A DNA stretch of 64,000 nt from Promethearchaeota archaeon (lineage in GTDB: Archaea > Asgardarchaeota > Lokiarchaeia > Sigyniarchaeales > SOKP01): the NCBI GenBank assembly GCA_008080735.1, contig SHMW01000001.1, positions 53,037 to 117,036 of the forward strand, in the 5' to 3' direction. Made by a program: the position numbers and the translations under genes. The notes beneath the pieces were generated by a model. The model had not been told where the DNA came from and made no database searches. It saw only the letters and a list, made by a program, of their open reading frames with translations. This document shows, in pieces, positions 8,991-18,579 of the stretch. Position 1 is the stretch's first letter. Every line of letters begins with the position of its first letter.

Positions 8991-10736
8991 GTGAGAAGTC
9001 TTAGACCGCTCTTCGAGACCGATAAAAAAGTGAAGGTATCTCATGATTTTAAGCGACAAATCTTAGAGGTACTTTCCTTAGCTCGCGTTATCAATAATTA
9101 TTACTATAAGAAAAAAAAGGTACAGGAGCAGATCAGACCGCAAATTCTACGACAATTTAGGGAAGAGCTGAGTACGATTAAACAAAATCAAGATTGGTTA
9201 TTCGCGATTCCTTCGGTCTTAGAAAAGATCAGCGAAGATTTTATTAGTAAAAACGACTCCTTCCGCTTTCCAGATAGTATCATCCTCTTTGAAGTTTGGA
9301 TGAATTTGGGAATTACAAGTTTGTATCCTCAAGTTGCTTTACACTTTAAATTTCCAGGATTCTTAAAAGGAGAACAAACACGCCATATCTTTCAATTTAT
9401 CTTTTCTACTTCTCGGGGCTTAGCTTTTCCTATACAATTTCCGCCAGAATTCTATTCCTATTCACCCAAGTTCCTTAAATACTTAAATCCTCTCTTTAAA
9501 TGGATCTATAAGATATGCCATGTTCTCAATATTGCAATTTTTAAATTAGAAAAACGGTTTCATTCAAAACGGCATCACCCTGGAGATTTTGAATCCGTCA
9601 TCATCTCAAAGTACAATAATAATTTCTATAGAGCTGTGAACACGCTTTTTCATGGGTATTTTACAGATGCACCGAAAACGCTTGGTCAATATTCATCTTT
9701 TCAGGAAATTTTAGAGGATACTATGTTTTGTTATCGAATCGGTGATCATGCCATTGAAGTGAAGAAAGATGAACCACACTATCAAACTCTCGATGTACCT
9801 TTAATTAATCAAGATTTAATCAAAAAACGTTATGAAGTCGATTTTTATGGTTATATTAAGAAACTTATGGCGGTTAACAGATTATTAACAAAAAAAATCG
9901 AATATTACCGCAAAAAACGTAAGAAACTCATAAAAAATCTGCCCTTGGTGGATCAAATTAAATTCTGGCTCCAGATTTCGAAAAAACTCTCTCTTCCGGG
10001 GCAGCACCTCCCGCCTAATTATGCGGAAATAGAAAAATACCATAAGCACAAACATCTTATCGAAAAATTACGGAAATTGTTATGGTTGACTCCCCTCTTT
10101 ACGCACACAATCCATGATGCATCAAGAGTGAAAGAATCTTTCAAATTTTCTAAAAAAGCGGAGCAATTGGATGGGTACGACTATAACATAGAATCCTCAA
10201 AACCTATCTTTTTTACCTTCATCTCTACCTATGAAAAAGATGAAGAATTTGAGTTTGCGGATACGGAAGTACTCACTTCATTAGAAGATCTCCGTGACAC
10301 AATGGCAAAAATGTGGCTTTATTTTAAAGAGCGCCATTTCAAATATGCTTTAAAAAAATTAAATGATGTGGCGCGGCTTTCTACCGAAAATAAGGAAAAC
10401 AAGGCGAAAATAGAGACGGACATTAAAAAACTAATCCCAATTATTGCGATTTATGAAATTTTTAACAGACCCCTATCCGAATCCGTATATCCCGAGTCCA
10501 TTCCTCAAACTAAGCGTTTTAAAGCATATTTAGCAAAATTTTTAACCTCTCGCTATAATATACTCGGATTAAATCTCATTAAATTCTTTAATAAGTTAGC
10601 CTATAGAAATTGGGCATATCTTATAACACAGAAAGAGATGAATCTCCATCAATTCTTTCGTTTTATCTTTAGTTTGGACATTTGGAAACATATCCCTAGA
10701 AATATAAAAGAATATTTGACACAGAACTCTGTCTAA
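8991..10736 (+). CDS. Hypothetical protein (581 aa, basic, largely helical)
   Basis: Long ORF with RBS-like GAGGG before GTG; no recognisable motif. Confidence 0.6.
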   Translation: MRSLRPLFETDKKVKVSHDFKRQILEVLSLARVINNYYYKKKKVQEQIRPQILRQFREELSTIKQNQDWLFAIPSVLEKISEDFISKNDSFRFPDSIILFEVWMNLGITSLYPQVALHFKFPGFLKGEQTRHIFQFIFSTSRGLAFPIQFPPEFYSYSPKFLKYLNPLFKWIYKICHVLNIAIFKLEKRFHSKRHHPGDFESVIISKYNNNFYRAVNTLFHGYFTDAPKTLGQYSSFQEILEDTMFCYRIGDHAIEVKKDEPHYQTLDVPLINQDLIKKRYEVDFYGYIKKLMAVNRLLTKKIEYYRKKRKKLIKNLPLVDQIKFWLQISKKLSLPGQHLPPNYAEIEKYHKHKHLIEKLRKLLWLTPLFTHTIHDASRVKESFKFSKKAEQLDGYDYNIESSKPIFFTFISTYEKDEEFEFADTEVLTSLEDLRDTMAKMWLYFKERHFKYALKKLNDVARLSTENKENKAKIETDIKKLIPIIAIYEIFNRPLSESVYPESIPQTKRFKAYLAKFLTSRYNILGLNLIKFFNKLAYRNWAYLITQKEMNLHQFFRFIFSLDIWKHIPRNIKEYLTQNSV

Positions 10737-11057
10737 GGGAAACCAACCTTAAGAATAAAAACTTTTTGTAACAAAACCTCTAGATTTTACTGAGGACGTC
10801 TCAAGACGACGATAAAACCTTAATATTGTTGGAAATGTTTAGTGGGGAAATCTAAATCTTTAGATAATATTTAAATTATTAGGGATATGCATTTTTCATT
10901 ATGAGAAGAAAAGACTTAGAAACATGGAGATCTCGAAAATTTTGGCTCTTCTCACGATAATATATGATAATTGTTCGCAAGAGCGATTGAGAGAAGTCAT
11001 CGCTACCAAAAATAAATCTCAAAAAACAAGAAAATGGAATTATTATGCATATATTCT

Positions 11058-11639
11058 TTAGAATTCCAAAAAACCAGGATCTTCGAATACATCTTCGATT
11101 TCGCGCTCTTTCTTTATGTCACTCTCGTCGTGCTCACTGAATAAGGAATCGTCATCTGTCTGAATCCCGTGTTCAAGTTCTTCGGTTTCTAATTTGAGAA
11201 GAGCATCTTTCTCCAAACGCTTGTATTTTTCCGATCTCATTTTCCATTCATTTACCTCGTCCATATCAACATCATCTTCTTCTAATAATTGGGCCGCTTT
11301 AACCTTACTCAGATCTGCTAATATTGAATAGGCAAATGCTAATTCTCCGAACTCTTCCTTTTGCTTAAGCTTATTAACTCGTCTCTCTAATCTTTGTAGC
11401 TCCTGATCCGCGTAGTATATATCGATAAAATCCCCAAAGGCATCCACTGGTTCTGAGATCGAGTTGATTAAAACCTCTTTCTCAAGTCCACAATGTCCGC
11501 ATTTTACTGTTGCGAAGCCGCCACCTTTTTTAATATCCTTTACCTTTACACTTTTTTCACCGCAGCTGGGGCATGTGAAAATCTTTGGTAATTTCTTAAC
11601 TCTTCTATAGCTCGTTTGCTTTCTTTTACGTCGTCCCAT
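11058..11639 (-). CDS. elf1: Transcription elongation factor Elf1 with long helical/acidic C-terminal extension
   Basis: MGRRKRK...LPKIFTCPSC...CGHC...EPVDAFGDFID is the Elf1 zinc ribbon. Confidence 0.9.
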   Translation of the reverse strand: MGRRKRKQTSYRRVKKLPKIFTCPSCGEKSVKVKDIKKGGGFATVKCGHCGLEKEVLINSISEPVDAFGDFIDIYYADQELQRLERRVNKLKQKEEFGELAFAYSILADLSKVKAAQLLEEDDVDMDEVNEWKMRSEKYKRLEKDALLKLETEELEHGIQTDDDSLFSEHDESDIKKEREIEDVFEDPGFLEF

Positions 11640-11844
11640 AAAATCTCCTCGAAAATTAAATTAATTATATTTTAAATTTGATAATTTAAAGAACATTAAA
11701 TCAAATAAGATATGGAATCGGGGGCTAAAAAATTTTTCGGTTTCTGCGAGCTCCTTTCCACAACGTATCGAAAAATTTTTTAGGAATCATGTATTAGATA
11801 AAATACTCTTTTTGGCTAAATCTTAATCAATACTAAAAGAGAGA

Positions 11845-12951
11845 GTGGATAGTAGGATGGAACATAAAAATTTATCATTAGAGTATGACAGAGACTTAAT
11901 AAATCGAATTCTCGATGATGCAGATATGCGCTATATTATCCTGTTCTTATATACAATTCGCAATGACCTATTTCGAGATTTAACAGATGAGGATCTAATA
12001 GACGCGTATAACCGAGTCTTAATTTTAGATGAGATTTTTAAAGGAAATTTATTAAGTTTCTGGGATGAGGAATTCATCGAAATTGCCATCGATTTAGGCT
12101 TAATTAAGAATATCAGAACAAAAAGAGAGTTTGATCAAAAAGAGCAAGATTTCATTGTTAAACTGGGTGAAGAGACCATCACGATAGAAGGTGATACCAT
12201 CTCAGTACCAGCGGACACGCTTTATCTTATGATTACAAAGAAATTCAAATCCGTCAATCGCCGTAACTACAATCTGGCACTGACGAGATTAAAAAGCGTT
12301 CGTTGTGAAGCTTCGGGTGTAATTCACCCCTTTATATATCAGATCGGAGAAAATGATTATACGATCTCAGATGATTTATATTATATTCTAGACCAATTTG
12401 GAAACATATATCAGACGATTAAAATAGAAAATACTGTAGAGGGCTTTGCCGATCGATTTATAGAAATTTATGATAAGCTTGTGGAACTGATTGAACTATA
12501 TGATACTGGACTTACAAATAAAAAAGCAACTGAAAAAGCGAACAAAGCAATCGAGCAAGGGAAAGATATTATACAATTTCTTAAAGACGAGAATATCTCA
12601 TTATCAGATAAATTCAAGTTTGACAAAGTTGATAAGAGTGAATCAATTTTTAAAGATTGGCATTCACGATTGATCCAGCTCTTAAATTTCCGTTATAAAA
12701 TGAATAATATCGAGACACAAATAAAGGAGATTAAACAATATTATTCTGGCAAGGATAAAAAATTTAATTACTTGGAATTCATCGAAATGGTCTCGTTCAA
12801 CGAGGAGGGGATTGTAGATAAAATTAGAAATGATCTGATAACCCTAAGGGAACAAATTATCGATATAAATGATATTATTTCGAAATTAACAAAAAAGCAG
12901 ATAAAGCTTTTGAATTTGGATTTTGAACGATTTTTAATTGAGCAAGAATAA
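11845..12951 (+). CDS. Hypothetical protein, possible winged-helix plus helical bundle (operon gene 1)
   Basis: NYNLALTRL...PFIYQIGENDYTIS looks like a wHTH recognition helix and wing, followed by coiled-coil helices. Start is probably ATG 11857. Confidence 0.5.
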   Translation: MDSRMEHKNLSLEYDRDLINRILDDADMRYIILFLYTIRNDLFRDLTDEDLIDAYNRVLILDEIFKGNLLSFWDEEFIEIAIDLGLIKNIRTKREFDQKEQDFIVKLGEETITIEGDTISVPADTLYLMITKKFKSVNRRNYNLALTRLKSVRCEASGVIHPFIYQIGENDYTISDDLYYILDQFGNIYQTIKIENTVEGFADRFIEIYDKLVELIELYDTGLTNKKATEKANKAIEQGKDIIQFLKDENISLSDKFKFDKVDKSESIFKDWHSRLIQLLNFRYKMNNIETQIKEIKQYYSGKDKKFNYLEFIEMVSFNEEGIVDKIRNDLITLREQIIDINDIISKLTKKQIKLLNLDFERFLIEQE

Positions 12952-12953
12952 AG

Positions 12954-13940
12954 GTGAGTGTATATAAAATGATATGTCCTGTATGCGAAATAGAAATGGA
13001 AACTTTGGTGGAGGGTATTTTCCAATGTCCGAAATGTCGAAAAATCATAAAACAAAAAACGGAAGAAGAGCAAGAAGAGGAAAAGAAGATTGGAAAGGGT
13101 GAACTTCAAGAGGGAGAATACTTCCACCGAAATGCAAGTATTAATAGACAATATGAAATATGCGAAAGTGGAATTACTGTAAATAAAACTGAAAACAGAT
13201 GGTTTGCGGTGCTAATTTGCCATAGTGCATATCTTGAAAGTGAACGATATGTTCGACTTTCATGGTGGAAAAAATCATTTTATCGGCATGCAGGGATGAT
13301 GAAGATATATGAAGAAGATGTCATGAAAAATTTGATAGCTGCTTTAGAAAAAATTGATAAAAAATTCGATGATTTCTGGACCTTCAAAGGAAAATTTAGA
13401 GAAAACAAAACTCTCACAGAAGAGGATAAAATTCGAGAAAAAAAATTAGATCTTATCAAATATAGGATAATCGAAAATCGAACGTGTCCGAAATGTGGGA
13501 AGAAAATGGATAAGGAAAAATCGCACTATGAATGTCCACATTGTGGAGAAATAGTCATTCTGGAGGGTTATAACCAACCCGTGTTTAATATCGCCCCAAC
13601 AGATCTCAAATTAAATTTTCAAGCAAGCTTTCCTATAAACTTTTATCTTCCCGTTGCAGGTATAACTATAAAATGGTTGATGGGTGAGTGGAAAAGCTTG
13701 GTAGTTATTTATTCAAAAGAAAACCCCAATAAGAAATGGCTTCGGTTTTATTGGTGGATACGAGATTTAAAAAATGTATTAAAATATGGGAAGCGTGAGA
13801 TTGGAGAAAGTTCTAAATTAGGTTGGAAAGCCAAAAAAGGAGCTGGTACTACTAATCTTTACAATAAAGATATAATAAGGCCTCTAATCGACGCATTAAA
13901 AAAAATATCTAAAGAAATGAATTGGAATATTGAAGAGTAG
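12954..13940 (+). CDS. Tandem (Zn-ribbon + PC4/Whirly-like beta-sheet) protein (operon gene 2)
   Basis: Two CxxC..CxxC ribbons (CPVC/CPKC; CPKC/CPHC), each followed by a homologous module (WFAVLI..YVRLSWW / WKSLVVI..WLRFYWW, then ..LI.AL.KI). Start is probably ATG 12969. Confidence 0.55.
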   Translation: MSVYKMICPVCEIEMETLVEGIFQCPKCRKIIKQKTEEEQEEEKKIGKGELQEGEYFHRNASINRQYEICESGITVNKTENRWFAVLICHSAYLESERYVRLSWWKKSFYRHAGMMKIYEEDVMKNLIAALEKIDKKFDDFWTFKGKFRENKTLTEEDKIREKKLDLIKYRIIENRTCPKCGKKMDKEKSHYECPHCGEIVILEGYNQPVFNIAPTDLKLNFQASFPINFYLPVAGITIKWLMGEWKSLVVIYSKENPNKKWLRFYWWIRDLKNVLKYGKREIGESSKLGWKAKKGAGTTNLYNKDIIRPLIDALKKISKEMNWNIEE

Positions 13941-13954
13941 AAAGGAGATAATAT

Positions 13955-15094
13955 ATGTCTGAACAACAAGATCCCACTTGGAATGATTTACTAAACTCAT
14001 TTATCGGGGGAGTGGATAAGGCAATTCAACATCTAGAAGAAAGAGATATTGAACGAATACCTGGTGCTAGAGAAGCTCTATTACGGCGTCTAAATGATAT
14101 GAAAACCCACTTTCCGAAAAATAATGGAGATATTTTTATAAAAGCCATAAATGATAAGATTCAAAACTCCTTTTTTCCTAACACTCGCGATTTTTCTGAT
14201 GCTTTTCAAAAGATTCTCCAATCACGTACACACGAACAAGACTATATTATAAATGAATTAATTAATGGATTTGTCACTTCTCGTGCCAAAGGAATCGCTT
14301 CTGGGACTCAAATACCTGTAATTGACAGATTGGTGGAAGCATTTTCAACGCGCAATGATTTTCATATAGTTGATCATCAATTTTACGCATTATTTGGTGA
14401 TCCAAACAAACCACGGAAATATGTAAAGGATCAATTAGAGGAGCTGGTAAATCTATTCGGGTTGGTCTCGAAAGAATTAGTCGTGGAGAAAGATGTGAGG
14501 AAAAGCGAGAAAAAAATCTATACCTTTTATACATTTCCCGATGAGATATTGACGATTTTAGAAGAAAAATATATCGTCATTGACGAGGAACTAGGGTATG
14601 CGTATGTGAGTGAGGAATTTGATCGAAACGTGTTTATATGCATGTTTTTAGCCAATATTTCTGTCAATTGGGATAATTTAGAAAAAATTGGTGGAGAATA
14701 TACGGTAAATGGAATTTGCGCCATCTTTGCTTTAATTCTTTTATTAAGCTTTATGCCTAAGGTTTCTGTAAGTGAGGATAACCCAATCCTTCGAGATCCA
14801 ACCTATAATGAGGAAAATATGAGCGTTATTCCGAAATCGTGGATGATGAAACAAGTTTTAGATCCATTATTCGAACCTCTTATAAAAGTGGTTGCATATA
14901 GAATAGGTGGAGGTCTTTGGCTTTCCAGTGTTATTGATTCAGAAGTGAATAAAAAAATTCATAATCAAATAAGATTTTTGATAAAGGATGTGAATAGATG
15001 GATCCTCGGAGAGTTAGTTCGTGTGGAAGTACCCATATTTGTTGAGATTTCCAATATATTCCAAGAAATCATGGTGGGTACTGAAAGAGAATAA
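13955..15094 (+). CDS. Hypothetical protein (operon gene 3), possible internal wHTH
   Basis: GGAG RBS; YVKDQLEELVNLFGLVSKE...YTFYTF resembles a wHTH helix and wing. Confidence 0.5.
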   Translation: MSEQQDPTWNDLLNSFIGGVDKAIQHLEERDIERIPGAREALLRRLNDMKTHFPKNNGDIFIKAINDKIQNSFFPNTRDFSDAFQKILQSRTHEQDYIINELINGFVTSRAKGIASGTQIPVIDRLVEAFSTRNDFHIVDHQFYALFGDPNKPRKYVKDQLEELVNLFGLVSKELVVEKDVRKSEKKIYTFYTFPDEILTILEEKYIVIDEELGYAYVSEEFDRNVFICMFLANISVNWDNLEKIGGEYTVNGICAIFALILLLSFMPKVSVSEDNPILRDPTYNEENMSVIPKSWMMKQVLDPLFEPLIKVVAYRIGGGLWLSSVIDSEVNKKIHNQIRFLIKDVNRWILGELVRVEVPIFVEISNIFQEIMVGTERE

Positions 15095-15140
15095 AGAACT
15101 GAATTTAAAATATTTTTAATCAAATAGGTGTAATTAAAAC

Positions 15141-16406
15141 GTGGTCAGAGAAAAATGGACAGACATATTGCCTAGATATCAGACATTTATTAGTCACATG
15201 AAGCCTATCCTTAGAGAAACGCGCAGAATTATAGAAGGATTAGATCCCGACCTTCTCTATGATACAGAAGTATTAGATAAAATTAGGCAAGAGGAAGAAA
15301 AAAGAAATGTTCGTAAAGTTCGCGCACTGACAGAATTTTCTGCGATGTATCGTTCTAATGTATACGAAATCATGAAAGATTTTATTATTAAATATAGAGA
15401 TCGCATCCCTCTAATAGATATTAAGGATTATATTATAGATTTTCTTCAAGAATCCGTAAAGGCATTAACCATATTACGAAATATCACAAATCCCGATGAA
15501 AGAAATTTAGAAAATACATACCTTTATCGCTTAGTAAAATATCTAGAAGGAATTCTATTTCCACGCAGAGGAAGTATTAAAGAGATTTATGAAGCTCTAT
15601 TAGAATATGTGCCAGATTTCTATGAATCCCAGAGACATATTCTCATGACACATACTTATTACCGAGAGGATTTGGAACATCCGGATTTCTTTACCATCCC
15701 GGGCATCTCTCCGAAAGTCTATCAAATTATAAATAATGTCACCTCTTTCTTCAACTTAGATCCAAGCTATGGTGCGTTTCCAGAACGACAAAATCAAGAA
15801 ATTCCAATGATATTGATAAAAGATGTATTTTTACCTTATATTGATTCTATTGCAAATGCCGAAGAAGAAGCAATTAACAATATCGGGGAGAGAATCGGTT
15901 TAAGGGTTATAGATGGTATATTTCTAGCCCCTAAAGAAGAGACTATTGATTTGTTTATGGATAATAATTATTTTCGCAAAAACAAACAATCGGACGGGAC
16001 GATGCGATATGTCCCACAATTTAGTAATGAGACCCTAATTTTATATTATTTAGCATTCGCGTCAAGAAGAAGGGGATTTTTATCTAAAGAACTTATAAAT
16101 TGGATCGCAATGAATTTTGCGTTTTTGGTATATATGGGAATATTAAAATGGAAGCTTACAGATGAAAATATATTTTATTCAATATTTAAAGATCTTCAAA
16201 CAAATGAAAAAGTATTGCCCTACTTAATGAAGTTGATTTGCTTTCCTAATTATCTGGGATTGGATAAAACCAAGATTAGAGACAGTCCCCAATATAGGAA
16301 GGAGATATTTAATTTTATAGGCGCTCAGATTGATAATTTAGAGCAACTGATTGAAAATATTGGAGAATATTGTGAGAAAATTGAAAAGGAAGGAAATAAT
16401 AAATAA
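15141..16406 (+). CDS. Hypothetical protein (operon gene 4)
   Basis: 421-aa ORF with AGGTG RBS; no recognised family. Confidence 0.55.
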   Translation: MVREKWTDILPRYQTFISHMKPILRETRRIIEGLDPDLLYDTEVLDKIRQEEEKRNVRKVRALTEFSAMYRSNVYEIMKDFIIKYRDRIPLIDIKDYIIDFLQESVKALTILRNITNPDERNLENTYLYRLVKYLEGILFPRRGSIKEIYEALLEYVPDFYESQRHILMTHTYYREDLEHPDFFTIPGISPKVYQIINNVTSFFNLDPSYGAFPERQNQEIPMILIKDVFLPYIDSIANAEEEAINNIGERIGLRVIDGIFLAPKEETIDLFMDNNYFRKNKQSDGTMRYVPQFSNETLILYYLAFASRRRGFLSKELINWIAMNFAFLVYMGILKWKLTDENIFYSIFKDLQTNEKVLPYLMKLICFPNYLGLDKTKIRDSPQYRKEIFNFIGAQIDNLEQLIENIGEYCEKIEKEGNNK

Positions 16407-16427
16407 AATATAAAAAAGGTAAAAAAA

Positions 16428-17498
16428 ATGTATACTGATGAAGAAATAAGAGAACGCCTGAGCAAATATGGTGCAGTGTATTTGCCCGAAGATATCAAAG
16501 AAGATATTGATGATATAAAAGGTAATGAAGATAAGAAGGATCGATTAGATGATTTTTTTAAGGGTTTGAAAAAGTATGAAGATATTTCAGAACAACTAAA
16601 AAAAACAAAACTCTCTCCCAGTTTAACTTTACTTCTATTTGGCCCCCCTGGGACGGGAAAAACCTCTCTTACTCGGGCTTATGCCAAGCAATATGAAATA
16701 GCGATGTGTGTTGTTGAGTCAGATAGATTAGTCTCCCCTTTATTAGGCGATACGATAAAAAATATAAGAAATGTGGTGGAATTAGCTGCAGATATTGCAA
16801 AAGAGAATGGTGCCTTTTTATTATTTTTTGATGAAATTGATGCTATAGGTTCCGAAAGATCAAATATACATGAAGTTGGAGAGATTAAACGAGCAGTTAT
16901 CTCATTTTTACAAGTGATTGACAAGGTAAATTATGAAGGAACACCACTGGCTATTTTTGGAGCAACCAATCATCAACATCAATTAGATTCTGCAATTTGG
17001 AGGCGTTTTACCTTTCATCTGAAATTTGATTTTCCAAATTACGAATTAAGAAAAGAAATAATTGAATCTTATCTGGATAAAATAAAAAATGCTAATATTG
17101 GTGTTGATGACACCATATATAAAAGACTTGATCAAGAATATGTAAAAATAAGAGAAATTCATACGAACCTTGAGGGCAAATTGGGAAGGGAAATAAGTGA
17201 ATTTGAAGATAATCTTCTCTGGAATGAAATAGAAAAAAAAAAAGATGTTCAAGGGTTCCTCAAACTAACAATTGGTTATTCGGGATCAGATATTGAAAGA
17301 GGGACCAGAGTTGCCCTTTTCAAAGTTATTCAAACAGGGGTACTGACATATGATATTTTTTATGATTCTTTGAAATTGGTAGGTGGAACAGCGGTACATG
17401 TAGAAAGACAAGATATCTTAAGTCATTCAAAGCAAAGGAAAGGAAAAGAAAAATATACTTCAAGTCGACCCCCTACCTCAGGACCACCTGAAATATAA
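16428..17498 (+). CDS. AAA+ ATPase, single classic-clade domain (operon gene 5)
   Basis: Walker A GPPGTGKT, Walker B LFFDEID, EVGEIKRAV, SRH GATNH...LDSAIWRRF, GYSGSDIE. Confidence 0.92.
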   Translation: MYTDEEIRERLSKYGAVYLPEDIKEDIDDIKGNEDKKDRLDDFFKGLKKYEDISEQLKKTKLSPSLTLLLFGPPGTGKTSLTRAYAKQYEIAMCVVESDRLVSPLLGDTIKNIRNVVELAADIAKENGAFLLFFDEIDAIGSERSNIHEVGEIKRAVISFLQVIDKVNYEGTPLAIFGATNHQHQLDSAIWRRFTFHLKFDFPNYELRKEIIESYLDKIKNANIGVDDTIYKRLDQEYVKIREIHTNLEGKLGREISEFEDNLLWNEIEKKKDVQGFLKLTIGYSGSDIERGTRVALFKVIQTGVLTYDIFYDSLKLVGGTAVHVERQDILSHSKQRKGKEKYTSSRPPTSGPPEI

Positions 17499-17511
17499 AT
17501 AATCACTTGAG

Positions 17512-18567
17512 ATGATCCAATTGGAGCAAAAAACATTTGATCTAAACTTTTTGCAAAATTTTTTTACACCCATAGATAATTTAGAGGGAAAATTAAATCG
17601 ACTGGATTCAAAATTTTCCAAATATAATGAACTAAATGATAAACTAGATAATCAACTAAATCAAGAGCTTCTTTCTGTCCAATTAAAAAATCTTTATGAG
17701 ATAATAAATTCAATAAACGAAAATATAGTACAAATCAACCAAAAAAACCTCGAAACATTTCTCAACTTTCAAGATATATTGGTTTCCAAATATAAACAAC
17801 TCAATATAGATCGTCTTAAGCAATTAGATATTAATCAAGAAGATATGAAACAAGTAGGATTATCTCTTATTGGAAAGAAAAAGACTGCGAAGATTATATA
17901 TAAAGCCTCATTTACACCTTCCATTGAAATAGATGATTGGATGGATTTGTTGGATTATCTTAGAAATAATTCATTATTCATCTCAATAATTGATGATGTT
18001 GAAAGTTATTATGAAAAGATACTTGAAAGAAAATTAGCAGAAGAAATTTCAAAAATCCCCGATGATTTTGACAATAATCTGATAGAGGATTATAAGATCG
18101 CCTTCTGGAAAAATTCTGATTTAACATTCGAAAAATATATCCGAAACATTCAGCAGGAGCAAATTAAACGAGAAATCGAAAAAAAAGGCGAATCAATCCA
18201 AGAGGCGAAGAAAAAGGACGAGTTAGAAGAATTAAAAAAAAACCAAGAAGAACAAAGAAAATTATACGAGGATTATCTAAAATATTCAGATAGAGAATTT
18301 GAACGTAGAAGAAGAAAAGAAAAAAGAGAAAAACTATCTGAAATTGCTCAAAAGCCGAAAAAACAAGATGGAATTAGTGAAGATGTTGAGGAGAAAATAA
18401 AAAAGTTTAAATCTAAATTCGAAAATTCTTTCGAAGATAAATATTTAATTCAAAAAGATGATACTACGGATCCCAGAAATATCGTAAGAAATCGAAAGAA
18501 AAAAAAGGAAGAAGAATATCAAAAATATCTTAAAAAATTTAAGGATAATTCAAATAATAAGGATTAA
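17512..18567 (+). CDS. Coiled-coil, highly charged hypothetical protein (operon gene 6)
   Basis: N- and C-terminal heptad-rich segments and K/E/R tracts. Confidence 0.55.
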   Translation: MIQLEQKTFDLNFLQNFFTPIDNLEGKLNRLDSKFSKYNELNDKLDNQLNQELLSVQLKNLYEIINSINENIVQINQKNLETFLNFQDILVSKYKQLNIDRLKQLDINQEDMKQVGLSLIGKKKTAKIIYKASFTPSIEIDDWMDLLDYLRNNSLFISIIDDVESYYEKILERKLAEEISKIPDDFDNNLIEDYKIAFWKNSDLTFEKYIRNIQQEQIKREIEKKGESIQEAKKKDELEELKKNQEEQRKLYEDYLKYSDREFERRRRKEKREKLSEIAQKPKKQDGISEDVEEKIKKFKSKFENSFEDKYLIQKDDTTDPRNIVRNRKKKKEEEYQKYLKKFKDNSNNKD

Positions 18568-18579
18568 GAATAGTCAATT

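Noticed and set aside
16428-17498. Calling the AAA ATPase Vps4/CdvC, Cdc48 or PAN
   Set aside because: No MIT domain, N-domain, second AAA ring or coiled-coil/OB domain, and no ESCRT genes adjacent.
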